In this document: positions 1 to 11,605 of the stretch, in pieces | Position numbering within the stretch: the first letter of the stretch is position 1 | Layout: each line of letters begins with the position of its first letter | Source of the DNA: Nymphaea colorata | Lineage: Eukaryota | Length of the DNA: 64,000 nucleotides | Assembly (NCBI RefSeq): GCF_008831285.2 | Contig: NC_045138.2 | Span: forward strand, 15,314,001 to 15,378,000 | Direction of reading: 5' to 3' | Notes under the pieces: model-generated | What the model saw: the letters and a program-made list of their open reading frames with translations, nothing else | Database searches by the model: none | What the model was told of the DNA's origin: nothing | Translations under genes and position numbers: made by a program

Positions 1-411
1 TCCCAGATAGAAGGTAGGCAGGAAAACCCAGCCAATCAATTCTTCATCATAATATGCAGATGCGTCGAGCTTCTGGTAGTAGACGCCAAACATCATGTTC
101 GGATTCGTTATACTTACATCCAGTTTGAGATTACATTGCAGAGTGCCCTTGCTGGTTAAGTTGAACTCTGACAAATATGCATCCTCTACGAAGTAAGTCA
201 CGGCACGAGGCCGAAGAACGTACAGGGCGAGGAATGCAGCTGCACCAAGGATGACAAAAATGACGACCACGCACATAAACATGGCGCAGATCCGGCAATG
301 GCAACTGGGTCGGCTGGTCTTCTGATCGGAGTACTGTGGCAGGACTGGGGGCACATCATGGGGAGCAGCAGGGTAGGTTCTGTTGAAATGGATTGGCTCG
401 GAATCAGCCAT
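1..411 (-). CDS. NDR1/HIN1-like (NHL) protein with LEA_2 domain; partial, 3' end lies outside the window
   Basis: Hand translation of the minus strand from ATG at 411 is open to base 1: MADSEPIHFNRTYPAAPHDVPPVLPQYSDQKTSRPSCHCRICAMFMCVVVIFVILGAAAFLALYVLRPRAVTYFVEDAYLSEFNLTSKGTLQCNLKLDVSITNPNMMFGVYYQKLDASAYYDEELIGWVFLPTFYLG. It shows the Pro-rich N-terminus, Cys cluster, one TM helix, 'LRP', 'NPN..GVYY' and 'LP.FY.G' motifs typical of NHL proteins. It is absent from the ORF track, presumably because no stop codon lies in the window. Confidence 0.88.
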   Translation of the reverse strand, partial: MADSEPIHFNRTYPAAPHDVPPVLPQYSDQKTSRPSCHCRICAMFMCVVVIFVILGAAAFLALYVLRPRAVTYFVEDAYLSEFNLTSKGTLQCNLKLDVSITNPNMMFGVYYQKLDASAYYDEELIGWVFLPTFYLG

Positions 412-1256
412 TGGGCATTGTCTTCAGGAAGATGAAGGAAGAAATCTGGGCACTTGATGACCAAATAGACGGTGGTAAGAAGGAATAAATGAGAAGGGCA
501 GGCAAAGAATTTGACTATATTGCCAGCCATTGGCTTTTTGGTTGCAGAGGATGGCAGCCTCTGGTTTTTCCCTCTTTTTTCTTCTGGTTGCAGCTCATGG
601 TTTTCTTGCCCACCGCTGAGCTGATCACGACGTCATTCAAGACATAGTCAGAAGTTGCTTATCGAATTCGAAAATTAATATATAAGATGACGAATTCCGT
701 TGAGTGTCTCATTTTAAACCCACGAAGCCAACAACGCTGTCCATTTCTTATTTTCCCTCAGCAATTCAATGAATACCAATCAAACGGCTACTCTCTAAAC
801 TCTTCTTTTCTCTCTTGCGTTCTGTCCCCCTGAACCAGAGGAACTCTGTCACGAGAACATGCACGCCCACAACCGGCTCACTTCAAAAGACCCTCCATTG
901 CAGATCCCAAAGCACTCTGTTCCAATGTAAAAGTTTTATATATATATATATATATAGGAGCCTTTTGCCATCAATTGTTAGTGCAGTCTTAAGGTATTAA
1001 AAGTTTATTTTTCACCTTTTAGAAAAAATTTAGCAATGCATGCCCTCTAGTCTATAGTCTATACTGAGTAACCATGTTAAAATTTGTGTACATCATCAAT
1101 TTAGATTGAGAGAAAACAAGCATATACCATGTTTTTCTGCTGCAGAATGAAACAGGCCTTAACCAAAAGGCACATGGATGACTGTATTCATCTCCTGACT
1201 AATTGGGTCTTTAAATATGTTAATTATGATTTTCCCTTGGTTTTTTTTACATAAGG

Positions 1257-1350
1257 TGTCGATTTGGCATCTTTATAATGGACTATTTTCATTGGCAAGA
1301 ACTTGTCGATTTGGCATCTTTATAAGGGACTATTTTCATTGGCAAGAACT
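1257..1350. repeat. 47-bp tandem duplication (2 copies, 1 mismatch)
   Basis: tgtcgatttggcatctttataa(t/g)ggactattttcattggcaagaact at 1257-1303 and 1304-1350. Confidence 0.9.
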
Positions 1351-1389
1351 TCTTTCCTCTTTGTTCATCTTCATTGATTTCACTGGCAG

Positions 1390-2740
1390 GTAGCTGTAGC
1401 CCTTTCCCATGCTGCAATATTGGAAGAATCAATGCGTGCAAGGGATCAGCTCATGGAGCAAAATGTTGCACTAGATTTGGCACGCAGGGAAGCAGAAATG
1501 GCAATCCGTGCTAGAAATGACTTTTTGGCTGTTATGAACCATGGAATGCGGACACCTATGCATGCAATGCAATTGTTGCTTTGTCTTCTCTACTTCTTGA
1601 AACTGAACTAACTCCTGAACAGCGTCTAATGGTGGAGACCATCCTCAAGAGTAGCAATCTTTTAGCTACACTTATAAATGATGTTTTGGATCTTTCAAGA
1701 CTTGAAGATGGAAGTCTTGAACTTGAGATTGCAACTTTCAATCTTCATTCTGTTTTCAGAGAGGTGCTTTATTTGTTCATAATTATGTAATCAGTGTTTT
1801 TTTGTTTATGATTAGACCTGAATCTCTTGTCTAGACAAGCATCAGGAAAAGCATAAATGCTTTGTTTTCTGATGGAGGTTGTTAATCTGATAAGGCCCAT
1901 CGCTTCTGTGAAGAAGCTCTCAGTTTCACTGAGTTTGGCTTCAGATTTACTGTTGGTGATGAAAAACGCCTTATGCAGATTCTTCTTAATGTTATTGGTA
2001 ACTCAGTTAAGTTCTCAATGGAAGGGAGCATGTCTGTTTCAACTGGTGTTGCAAAAGTAGAATCTCTAAAAGATGCACGATCCCTTGCACCATGAGTTCT
2101 ATTTGCAAGTTCAGGTTGACATTTTGTTTTAACTTTCACCAACACCACTATTTGTTGTTGCTTAATGCATGTGTTTTTTGTGTGTGTGTGTGTGTGTGCA
2201 TATGACAAAGTGGTGTTTATGGCTGCAGGTTAAGGATTCTGGGATGGGAATTAGTCCTCAGGATATTCCACATATATTCACCAAATTTTTGCAGTCTCGT
2301 AACTCTGCAAATAGAGTTTCTGCCGGCACTGGTCTTGGGCTTGCTATCTGTAAAAGGCATTATAAAAAATGAAGTTGGTGCTCATTGACATAATATACTG
2401 TTCTTTTGGGCTGAGATGATTAATTCTTCTTGTTTTCCCCATTCCTTATCCAATTTGCATTTGGCAAACCAAATAATTTCTGCTCCTTGAATTCTTATGA
2501 ACTTCTTCTTGGATGTATAGTGCTCCCCCAAAATGCTGCATTTCAGGTTTGTGACTTTGATGGGAGGACAGATTTGGCTTGAAAGTGAGGGTGTGGGAAA
2601 GGGATCTGCTGCTATTTTCATTGTAAAATTAGGGATCTCTCAGAATTCAAATGAATGTCTATCGCAAATTGCTTCTAGAACTCCATTGAACTTCCGGCCA
2701 GACAAAGTTCTTGGAGCAGATGATAATGATGTGGTCCCAA

Positions 2741-2745
<5 letters not shown>
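1390..2745 (+). pseudogene. Ethylene receptor subfamily 1 (ERS1/ETR1-like) fragment: end of GAF region plus histidine-kinase exons, disabled
   Basis: Exon remnants: 1390-1763 ([39 protein letters not shown]..), 1878-2114 ([35 protein letters not shown]), 2229-2356 ([31 protein letters not shown]) and 2547-~2745 ([19 protein letters not shown]). Lesions: a 5-nt ATGCA duplication at 1567-1571, a frameshifting deletion at 1950/1951, an in-frame TGA at 2093-2095 with a further frameshift, a weak GAG acceptor and a GC donor. No transmembrane/ethylene-binding exon was seen upstream and no receiver domain downstream. Confidence 0.9.

Positions 2746-2819
<74 letters not shown>
2745..2819. repeat. (AT)n microsatellite abutting the last pseudogene exon
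   Basis: Pure AT dinucleotide run of about 75 bp. Confidence 0.95.
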
Positions 2820-2822
<3 letters not shown>

Positions 2823-4628
2823 GAGAAAGTAACTATGTGCATAATATTTGATGAACTATTAATTTAATCGATCAAATAAATAATAAACCTTTATCATATT
2901 TAATTAATATATTAAATAACATGGATCCGTTAATTAAGTCTGTACGTGTGGGATTTTGACAGTTGATCAAATGTCTATCAGGTAATATTATTTAAAAAAT
3001 TAAAAAATAACTTAAAAGTAATCTAAAAGTGAAACAAATTAAAGATCAGATTTGTACAGGAAAAGAAAATCCATAAGGTGGGATGAAAGACGAGAACAAG
3101 AACCAAACCTCAAATGGAAAATTCGAAAATCTTTTGCATTAGAGTATCAAGCCTTGTTCTTGTTTCCATTATAAGGACCAGGACTCTTTTAAAGAACAAC
3201 ATATAACTGAACCTGGATCTAGTTTTTCCATTGATGGATCTCAGAGAGCCTGGATCTGGATCTGGATCTGGGTTTGGACCATTCTCTTCTAGCAGCGGTT
3301 TGACCTGATTTCCGGCCCCAACCGAGATTACCCAGATCTAAACCATAAGCAAGAGCAGCCTCAACTTTCTTAAACCATGTTCATGTAAACGGGTTGTTAC
3401 TTAGACATTTGAGCGTGTTGTATTCCCTTCATTGCCACCCTTGTTAAGTTTCTGCATGTTATGAACTCTCCAATTTAAGAGAATCCCACTAACCTACAAA
3501 GCAATGAGCCGCACTAACAGACCAATCCCTCAACTTCCTAAACTGGATCTTTCTTCTCTTCCTTCCAAATTCCTTCACCATGCTGGTCTCGTCCACCTAT
3601 ACATCCCTGTTCAAGTTTCAATCTCCACGACTTGATCCGGACTCGATCGACTCGAGTTTGCAAGTAAAACCAGCACAGCCTGGTCTCCTACCCTGAAACT
3701 GACTTACTTTGGCAAATTTGAAGAAAAAAATCTGTGGCCTATTTCCTCTCTTCCCAAACTATATGGGCACAATCTCAACCAACCTACTTCAATGGGCAGA
3801 CTTGATCTCCAGTCGCTTTAACAAGGAGAGAGCAGAAGGTTTGTTCAGCATAGGGATCAAGATTCAGTCCAATATGAGGTTTAAGATTGGTTATTTGAAG
3901 ACTACCAAGTTTTCTCCAACTAGTTCCGCTGGCTTCATCGACCAACTGGTCTTCTCCAAGCAATGGCTTTACAAGGACTCAATGTGATGTCGACCATCTC
4001 TAGATCAGACTCTTCCTATCTGGTTCTCTTCATATAGTTTTTTGTTGTTTCATGTTTTGAATTACTATGTGAGTAAAGAAAAAGAATAACGTTCATGATG
4101 ATTATAGTATACTGTTGCTGTTGTTATATTATCCTTTTGCCTTACCTAATGGGTGCAGGAAGAATTTCCCGGCATGTCAACGAAAAGGATGCAATTACTA
4201 ATATGAATGTGAGTCTATCTAACAGGATCTTGTAAAGAAAACCGACCCTATCAGATTACTAATGCGATGCATATATATGTGGTCTCTAGATTCGGTGAAG
4301 ATAGTATTCATTGCTTGGATCTTGTGCTGGACAGATCCGGACTCAGTTTTAGAATACAACATTAGAAACAACTAATTTGTTGTGTTACATGTATTTTTGT
4401 GGTATTATTGAAATTGTAAAAAAAAGATTTCTTTTAATAAAAAATAGTACTCACTATAAAAATGTGGTTGTCATGTTGAGAAACTGGCAAACAAGATTCG
4501 ATCTATTTGCAGACCTTTTGGCACTCTGCCTGAACCTGGGGTCCTGGACCGAGCCTTCTTCTGAGGTAGAACTTGGAAGAACTCGAAGTGTTGAGAAGAT
4601 CCCGGACCAGCCAAACGCGATACTTGAA

Positions 4629-4637
4629 AAACCCTAA
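4629..4637 (+). promoter_or_regulatory. Telo-box (AAACCCTAA) upstream of the RH29-like helicase
   Basis: Exact motif about 160 bp upstream of the ATG, followed by a (CT)n tract (~4700-4757). Telo-boxes are enriched near plant ribosome-biogenesis genes. Function here is inferred. Confidence 0.45.
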
Positions 4638-4694
4638 ACACCGTGGACCTTCAGCAGGGCCTTTTCTCTTCTTCCCTCCCAAACCCCTCAGAGT

Positions 4695-4757
<63 letters not shown>

Positions 4758-4795
4758 GAGCTCGAAGAGAAGAGAAGAGAAGAAAAGAGAAGAAG

Positions 4796-7700
4796 ATGGA
4801 TGATACAGAGACGGAGGGAGTGACTGTAATGGAGGACGATCGGGTGGTGAAGAGAAATAAGAAGAAGAAAAAGGCGAGTAAGAAGGCAAAGTCTGGAGGT
4901 TTCGAGTCCCTCTCTCTGAGCTATAATGTTTTTCGGGGGATTAAGCGAAAAGGGTACCGCGTTCCGACGCCCATCCAGCGCAAGACGATGCCCCTCATTC
5001 TCGCAGGCCTCGACGTCGTCGCCATGGCCAGAACGGGGTCCGGCAAGACCGCGGCCTTTCTCGTGCCCATGCTGGAGAAGCTCAAGGAGCACGTTTCTCA
5101 GGGCGGAGTCAGAGCGCTTATCCTCTCGCCCACGCGTGACCTCGCTCTTCAGACATTCAAATTCACCAAAGAGCTTGGCAGATACACAGGTCCCTCCTAC
5201 TACCATCTTCGTGTCTTTTCCGTAATTTGGCTTTTACGATTGGATTCTCTATCACGAGTGTTGGACTGTGGTTAAACTATGTCGGCAGTTAGATCAGGGT
5301 ATGATTAAATTTCGGTACGCCACCTTAGCATTTTTATCGGTTTTACTTCTGATGCGGATACAAATGATTATGCCATTATTTCGTTGGGTCTGGACCATGC
5401 TAGCAGTAATTGTGCAGATGAGGTATATGTGGAGCATTTCATTGCAGCGGACCTGTAAGTCCTAAAAAATTGGCCTGTTCGTCCTAAACCATTGAACTTT
5501 AATGTCGTAAATCAAGTATTTCATGGTAAGGGGGCTCTTGATTCCTGATTGTCCTATTTGGCTAATCTTTTAGTTGCATTTTGTTGGTAGTGAACATCAG
5601 TCCGAGTGTGGTAAGGTACATACTGGGACGATTTTGTCGATCATTCTCTTCAATAGGAACTACGTAAAACCGTGATTGGCCATTCTTTAAATTTCTGAGC
5701 TGTCTGCGTTGATGGCAATGCATAAGTACTACTTGTCTCTTCTTTGCGATTGTTCGGATCAGGAAATGACCACTCAGTCACTCGGTTATTTCTTTTTTCC
5801 AATTGTATTTTGGTTCCAGATTACATTGTGCTAGGTTCTTTCATCCTCTCTTTTGGATTGTAATGAGTACAACTCGAGTTTATTCTTCTTGTTTACATCC
5901 TCATTTTGCGGACTATGGATTCAAAGATTAAATGAGAAACGAAGTGTTGGTATTTGGTTCAAGTAGACCGAAACCATAAGAAGGTGGATAGGAAATTTTG
6001 ATATCCTTCGTGTTTTGGTTGTTCTATGTGCGCTCCATGCTTATTGTTTCACATATAGTCTATATTTCTTTTTCATTTGGTCTTTTCTTTCGATGGTGCA
6101 GACCTTCGTACTAGTGTATTGGTTGGTGGTGATAGCATGGAGAGCCAGTTTGAAGAATTAGCACAGAACCCTGACATCATAATAGCAACCCCTGGTCGAC
6201 TTATGCACCATTTAGATGAGATTGATGACATGTCCTTGCGCACAGTGCAATATGTTGTGTTTGATGAAGCTGACTGTCTGTTTGGGATGGGTTTTGCGGA
6301 GCAGTTGCATAAGATTCTTGGACACTTGAGTGAGACTCGCCAAACTCTGCTTTTCAGTGCAACTTTACCAAGTGCACTTGCTGAATTTGCCAAGGCTGGA
6401 TTGCGTGACCCTCAACTTGTGCGGCTTGATCTAGAGACTAGGATAAGTCCTGACCTAAAGCTCATGTTCTTCACATTGCGTCAAGAAGAAAAATATGCTG
6501 CTCTTCTCTATTTAGTCAGAGAACGTATAAGCTCAGATCAGCAGACCTTGATATTTGTGTCAACAAAACATCATGTTGAATTTCTAAATGTTCTTTTCAA
6601 GAAGGAGGGTATAGATGCTTCTGTAGTTTATGGTGACATGGATCAAGATGCACGCAAAATCCATCTTTCTAGGTTTAGGTCAAGGAAGACAATGCTATTA
6701 GTGGTCACTGATGTTGCTGCACGAGGCATTGATATTCCTTTGCTTGATAACGTTATCAACTGGGACTTTCCTCCAAAGCCAAAGATTTTTGTCCATAGAG
6801 TGGGCCGAGCTGCTCGGGCTGGTCGTACCGGTACTGCATATTCTCTTGTAACTTCAGAAGACATGCCTTACCTATTGGATCTTCATCTGTTTCTTTCTAA
6901 GCCTCTTAAGCCTGCACCCACTGAAGAAGAGCTTGCGAAGGATAAAGATGGAGTCCTTTCAGGAATTTTTAAAGCTATCGAGGGTGGAGAAACAGTTTAT
7001 GGCCGCTTTCCCCAAAATGCTCTGGAACTGATTTCCGACAAAGTTCGGCAAATAGTTGATGGCTGTGCAGAACTAACTTCCTTAGAAAAGTCTTCCATAA
7101 ATGGTTTCAAATTGTACTCAAAGACAAAGCCTTTACCTTCTAGAGAATCCATAAAAAGGGCAAAAGATTTACCTCGTGAAGGGTTGCATCCAGTTTTTAA
7201 GAATGAATTGGAAAACCAAGAGTTAGCAGCATTGGCATTTTCAGAACAGTTGAAAGCTTTTAGGTCAGTTTTTCTCCACAATCATCTGCCATTTTTATCC
7301 AAACTTGTTAGCATATATTTAAATAGAGTTGGAATATTTCTCCTTTCTGATGACCTTTTCCATCGCTCAATGCAACTTGCTTCTTTTTTTCCCTGAATGC
7401 GTCACTGAAAACCAATTTTTTTCTTATCTATGTGCCAGGCCAAAGCAAACCATTTTGGAGTCTGAAGGTGAAGCTGCTAAATCAAAAAATTTGCAAGTAA
7501 TGTTTTCTTGCTTTAGCAGTATCCTTACATTATTAAGCATTTTGATTGATAGCGAGTTGTAATCAAGATAATTGCATTCAGGGTTGAACATCTGTTGCAT
7601 TATCATGCATTATTTGTTTAGCACATGCGAGAAGACAATTTCTATTAATTTATGTTAAATAAACGTGCAATAATGTCACTCAGCAAAGCCTTTTTGATTG

Positions 7701-10700
7701 TATCATTGATAGTTTCATCCTTTAATCCTGTCAGATAGTTAAAATAATAACACAGGCCAGATGTTTTAGGACCTTGTTGGATAAAATTGCTAGAGTTTGG
7801 TTATACTGTTCTCTTGGTTGAATCTAACTATTGTGTCGAAATCCCTGTTTTCTGGTGACCAGCAATCCAAATTGCTTTAAAAGCTTCAGTGCAGGTTTTG
7901 TGATAAGTGCAGCTTCATAAACATTCTGGCATTTGATGTTTAGATCGCTGGTTTATTATCATCATATGTCAAACTCATCCAATGAGCATCTATATTTGCA
8001 TGAATGATTGATTGCTGACCGCAGAAACCAGTCTGACAAGAGGACGATTCCAAGTGCAAATGTGCATTCAACTTAGGATAGCTTTGCATAAATAAAAGGT
8101 CTCCTGCAGTTGCATTTTCCTAAGCATCACACACCAAGCAAAAGATATGTTTTTTGAATCTTTGTTCAAGAATGATGTAAAACCTTTCTGGAACTTTGTC
8201 TCCAGCAGTATGAAAGGTAAAAACTTCCTTTGTCTAGGTGGTCAGTCTATGAATCCATGCTCATTTGTTTCATAATTAATTCAATATGATTTATATCATC
8301 ATTTGTTTTTATTCATTTAGGAAAGCAGAATGAATGTGGCTTCTTATGTTACTGTCTTTGTGACTGGTCTCATATTCTAAAGCTTTTAAGCAATTGCAGG
8401 GCCCTGCCAGTCAATGGGTTGATGTGATGAAGAAGAAAAGAGCTGTGCATGAAGAAATCATAAATAAGGTTTATCAACAAAAGTCTAGTGGATTATCCTC
8501 TTCTCAGGTAAAAGATTTTTTTTTTTCTTTGGTATTTGCATTTCTAGACTTTAACTATGTTTTATGCTTTATGTTTACTTGAATAGAACTCTGGGCCAGC
8601 GGCTATAATTTCGAAGAAGAGGAAGGCAAATGGTAAGTCTGATTCTGCACATATATGTAAAATGTTATGATTAGGCACACACACAGTCTTGTTTAGGAAT
8701 TGATGGTGATATTGAGATGAAAGTGACCAGTGCTCTTCCTCATCAGCCTTTTTGTTTCTTCTTCCATCAACTTCCTGCAGGTCTTGATGGTTCTAAATTT
8801 GGAAAGACCTTCAAAGATGAGGAATACTACATAAGTCCTGTGCCGATGAATCAGGTTAAATCTTATACATGATACATCTTTTACTAGTTTCTTGTCTATA
8901 GGACATGCTCAATTACCTGGCACTGTGGTTGATTTGGAATTTATATAAGCTTGTTTTGTTTTCAGCATCTAGAAGCAGGGTTATCAGTAAGAGGAGACCA
9001 AGGTTTTGAATCTAATAGGTAATATATGGTTTATGCGAACTCTGCTACATATTCTTGTGTGCCACTTGGTTGGTGTTCTTTCTTTTGATGCTGCAAGTCT
9101 TCCAGAGATAAGGCTTGTCATTTATTGTTTTGCATTTTCGACTGGATTTGGTATTATTACCCACTAGCTTCTTTATGCATACCGAGTATGTCTTAAGTGG
9201 CTGCGAGAAATGGTTACACACATATATAACTGTTATTGCTTGTTTATAAGTTTAGCTTCCACACTAACAAGGTAAGCACCGTGGCTGCCTGGGACAATAT
9301 GTAAAGAAACATAGAGATAGGCATAATCAAGTAAAATGGTTGTGTTTCAAACTGTTTATTTTTATCGGCTACATAAGAATTATTTCATCTGCAATGATGT
9401 TTCCAAAACACGATGGTCGCATGTGATACAAACGTATGTGCTGATACTGACTTCATATTTTCTTTGTGAGGAAGAAGCGTCATTTGAATCGAAGCTGTGA
9501 AATGCTTTACCATGGTCAAAAAAACAGTCTAAGATGCTGAAAAAAAGCATCTTCATCTGCATTTTGATTTTTCAATAGTCTTCATTGAAATCGCAAGACA
9601 TGTTTATAACCTGTTAAGAATTCTGTGAATCTCTCCAAATATGAGCATTTTATTCCTGTTTTTATTTGTGAAATTAGGAACTATGTTTTATGCTTGCAGG
9701 CTAGAATCTGCTGTTCTGGATTTGGTTGCAGATGACAGTAGTGGCCTTGGAAAGCATAAGTCTGTGTATCACTGGGACAAGGTTTGCATAGTCATTAAGC
9801 ATTGCATATAGTCATTATTGCATTACCTTTACATTTTGAAATTTGTTTTTTGCAGAGGGGTAAAAAGTATGTGAAATTAAATAATGGGCAGCGCGTAATG
9901 GCATCTGGAAAGGTACTAATTCAAAGTTTCCCTATTTCTCTTTCAATAATCAAGTTTTATTATGAACTCCTTAGAGTTGGAGTTCTTTCAACTGTCACGC
10001 CAAAGCTTATGGGAACTCAAATGTCTTTGGCTCTAAATGATGTTCTTTTGCTGTTTGAACATAGTCGTATGCACGGTTCTTGAGTTGAACACTGAACAAT
10101 GTTAGAACACTTGAACATTTTCAATTAACTGAGCGTAGAGTTGCCTCTTCGGAGACATCAGATAAAATTGCAAGGGTACAGGCATAGCGTAGAGTTATTT
10201 TGTTTTTATGTTTGTTTCTTTTGTCTATGTGTTCATGTACTAGTCTTCATCTTGATGTTGATGTTGCATAGTGTTGTCTCTTAATAAGAGATGGGACAGT
10301 TGATCCAATTGCTGGTGAAAATGCAATCCTGGATGTAAAAATGAACATAAAAGTGTTGAAGATGGTAATATTGACAAAAAATTGTGGATGTTCCCTTCTT
10401 TGCTTGTCCGACTCATACATTCCTATGGCTTGTGATTTCTCTGTAGAATTTGATAGTACTGGTGGTTGATGGTTCAAATATTTCATGAAGGCATGGTATC
10501 TTTTATTGCTGACACACAACTTGATAATTATTTGATGAACAGATTAAAAATGAGAGTGGGGCCAAAATTAAGAAGGGGAAAACAGGGATCTACCAGAAAT
10601 GGAAACAGAAGTCACATTCAAAGATTTCACATAGTGGAGCGCAGGATGAAAGAACTCTTGACAATGAGCAAGTTTTAGAAGGTAAGCACATAAATATATC

Positions 10701-11193
10701 CTTTTGCTTGTTTTCGGATGCACGTGCATTTTCATGTGTGTGGAATTTCCTACATCCTTGAAAAGTGTTATAGGATTCAACCATGGTATGATAGTTTCCT
10801 ACTTTTGTTCACCGGTTAAATGTGAGAATCTGCATAGAAGCTCATTTATAAGCATTGTCAACTAATTTTATTACGGGAGGTTCTTTAGATGAAGCAACGT
10901 AAGCTACTTCGATAACCAAAAGGCAAATCGAATGTGCACCTCCAACTCATTTTATGCAGATTTTAACTGTACTTTTCAAAACCCCCCGATAAATTCTCAG
11001 AGACGTGAAGACATACATAGCCCCAGAAATTAGCGACCGTGCTTCGAAGTGTGAGCTGTAGTTAAATTTTGAAATTCTTCGAAGTGTGAGCTGCAGTTAA
11101 ATTTTGAAATTCTTATCTGTACAGCATAGTCGTTGTGTGGTTGGCAACACTATGAGTTAGTTGTAAATTGTAATAGAGTTCTGTTGTCTCGTT

Positions 11194-11252
<59 letters not shown>

Positions 11253-11605
11253 TTTTAAATCTCTGATTCATTTCAGGGGGTAATAAGCATGGTCTGGGTA
11301 ACAAGAGAGGCTTCAGAAGCCAGAAGAGTGGAAGGTTGATTCCCAACTCAAACTTGCGACCGGAGCTCCGAGATACAAAGCAAGTTCAGAAAGCACGGAA
11401 GCAACAGGGCGGAAGAAATTCATTCTCTAAAAGAAGTGGGAAGGGTGGGAGGCAAGAAAATTCATTCTCTAGAAGAAGTGGGAAGAGTGGGAGGCAAGAA
11501 AATTCATTCTCTGGAAGAAGTGGGAAGAGTGGGAGGCAAGAAAATTCATTCACTAAAAGAGGTGGGAAGGGTGGAAGGCAAGGAACAAAAAGGACAAGGA
11601 AGTGA
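4796..11605 (+). CDS. RH29: DEAD-box ATP-dependent RNA helicase 29 (DDX54/DBP10 type), 11 exons, ~833 aa
   Basis: Exons at 4796-5189, 6102-7263, 7439-7496, 8400-8507, 8587-8632, 8781-8854, 8966-9018, 9700-9781, 9856-9912, 10543-10681 and 11277-11605. All introns are GT-AG, phases join, and the total is 2502 nt. Motifs: [15 protein letters not shown] (Q motif), [43 protein letters not shown], plus a DBP10-type C-terminus ([29 protein letters not shown]). Confidence 0.95.
11043..11112. repeat. 35-bp tandem duplication in the last intron of RH29
   Basis: ttcgaagtgtgagctg(t/c)agttaaattttgaaattc, two copies. Confidence 0.85.
11417..11584 (+). repeat. Coding minisatellite: 4 x 42 bp (14 aa) in the RH29 C-terminus
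   Basis: [14 protein letters not shown] / [14 protein letters not shown] / [14 protein letters not shown] / [14 protein letters not shown]. Confidence 0.92.

Noticed and set aside
198..530. Listed 110-aa minus-strand ORF
   Set aside because: It is an alternative frame overlapping the NHL gene and has no recognisable motifs.
3709..4030. Possible LINE ORF1 remnant (ORF 3709-3987 and a downstream 'LPIWF' word)
   Set aside because: The resemblance is too faint to support without a profile search.
11417..11584. Regularly spaced repeats considered as a CRISPR array
   Set aside because: No unique spacers, the repeats are in-frame coding units, and the context is eukaryotic with no cas genes.
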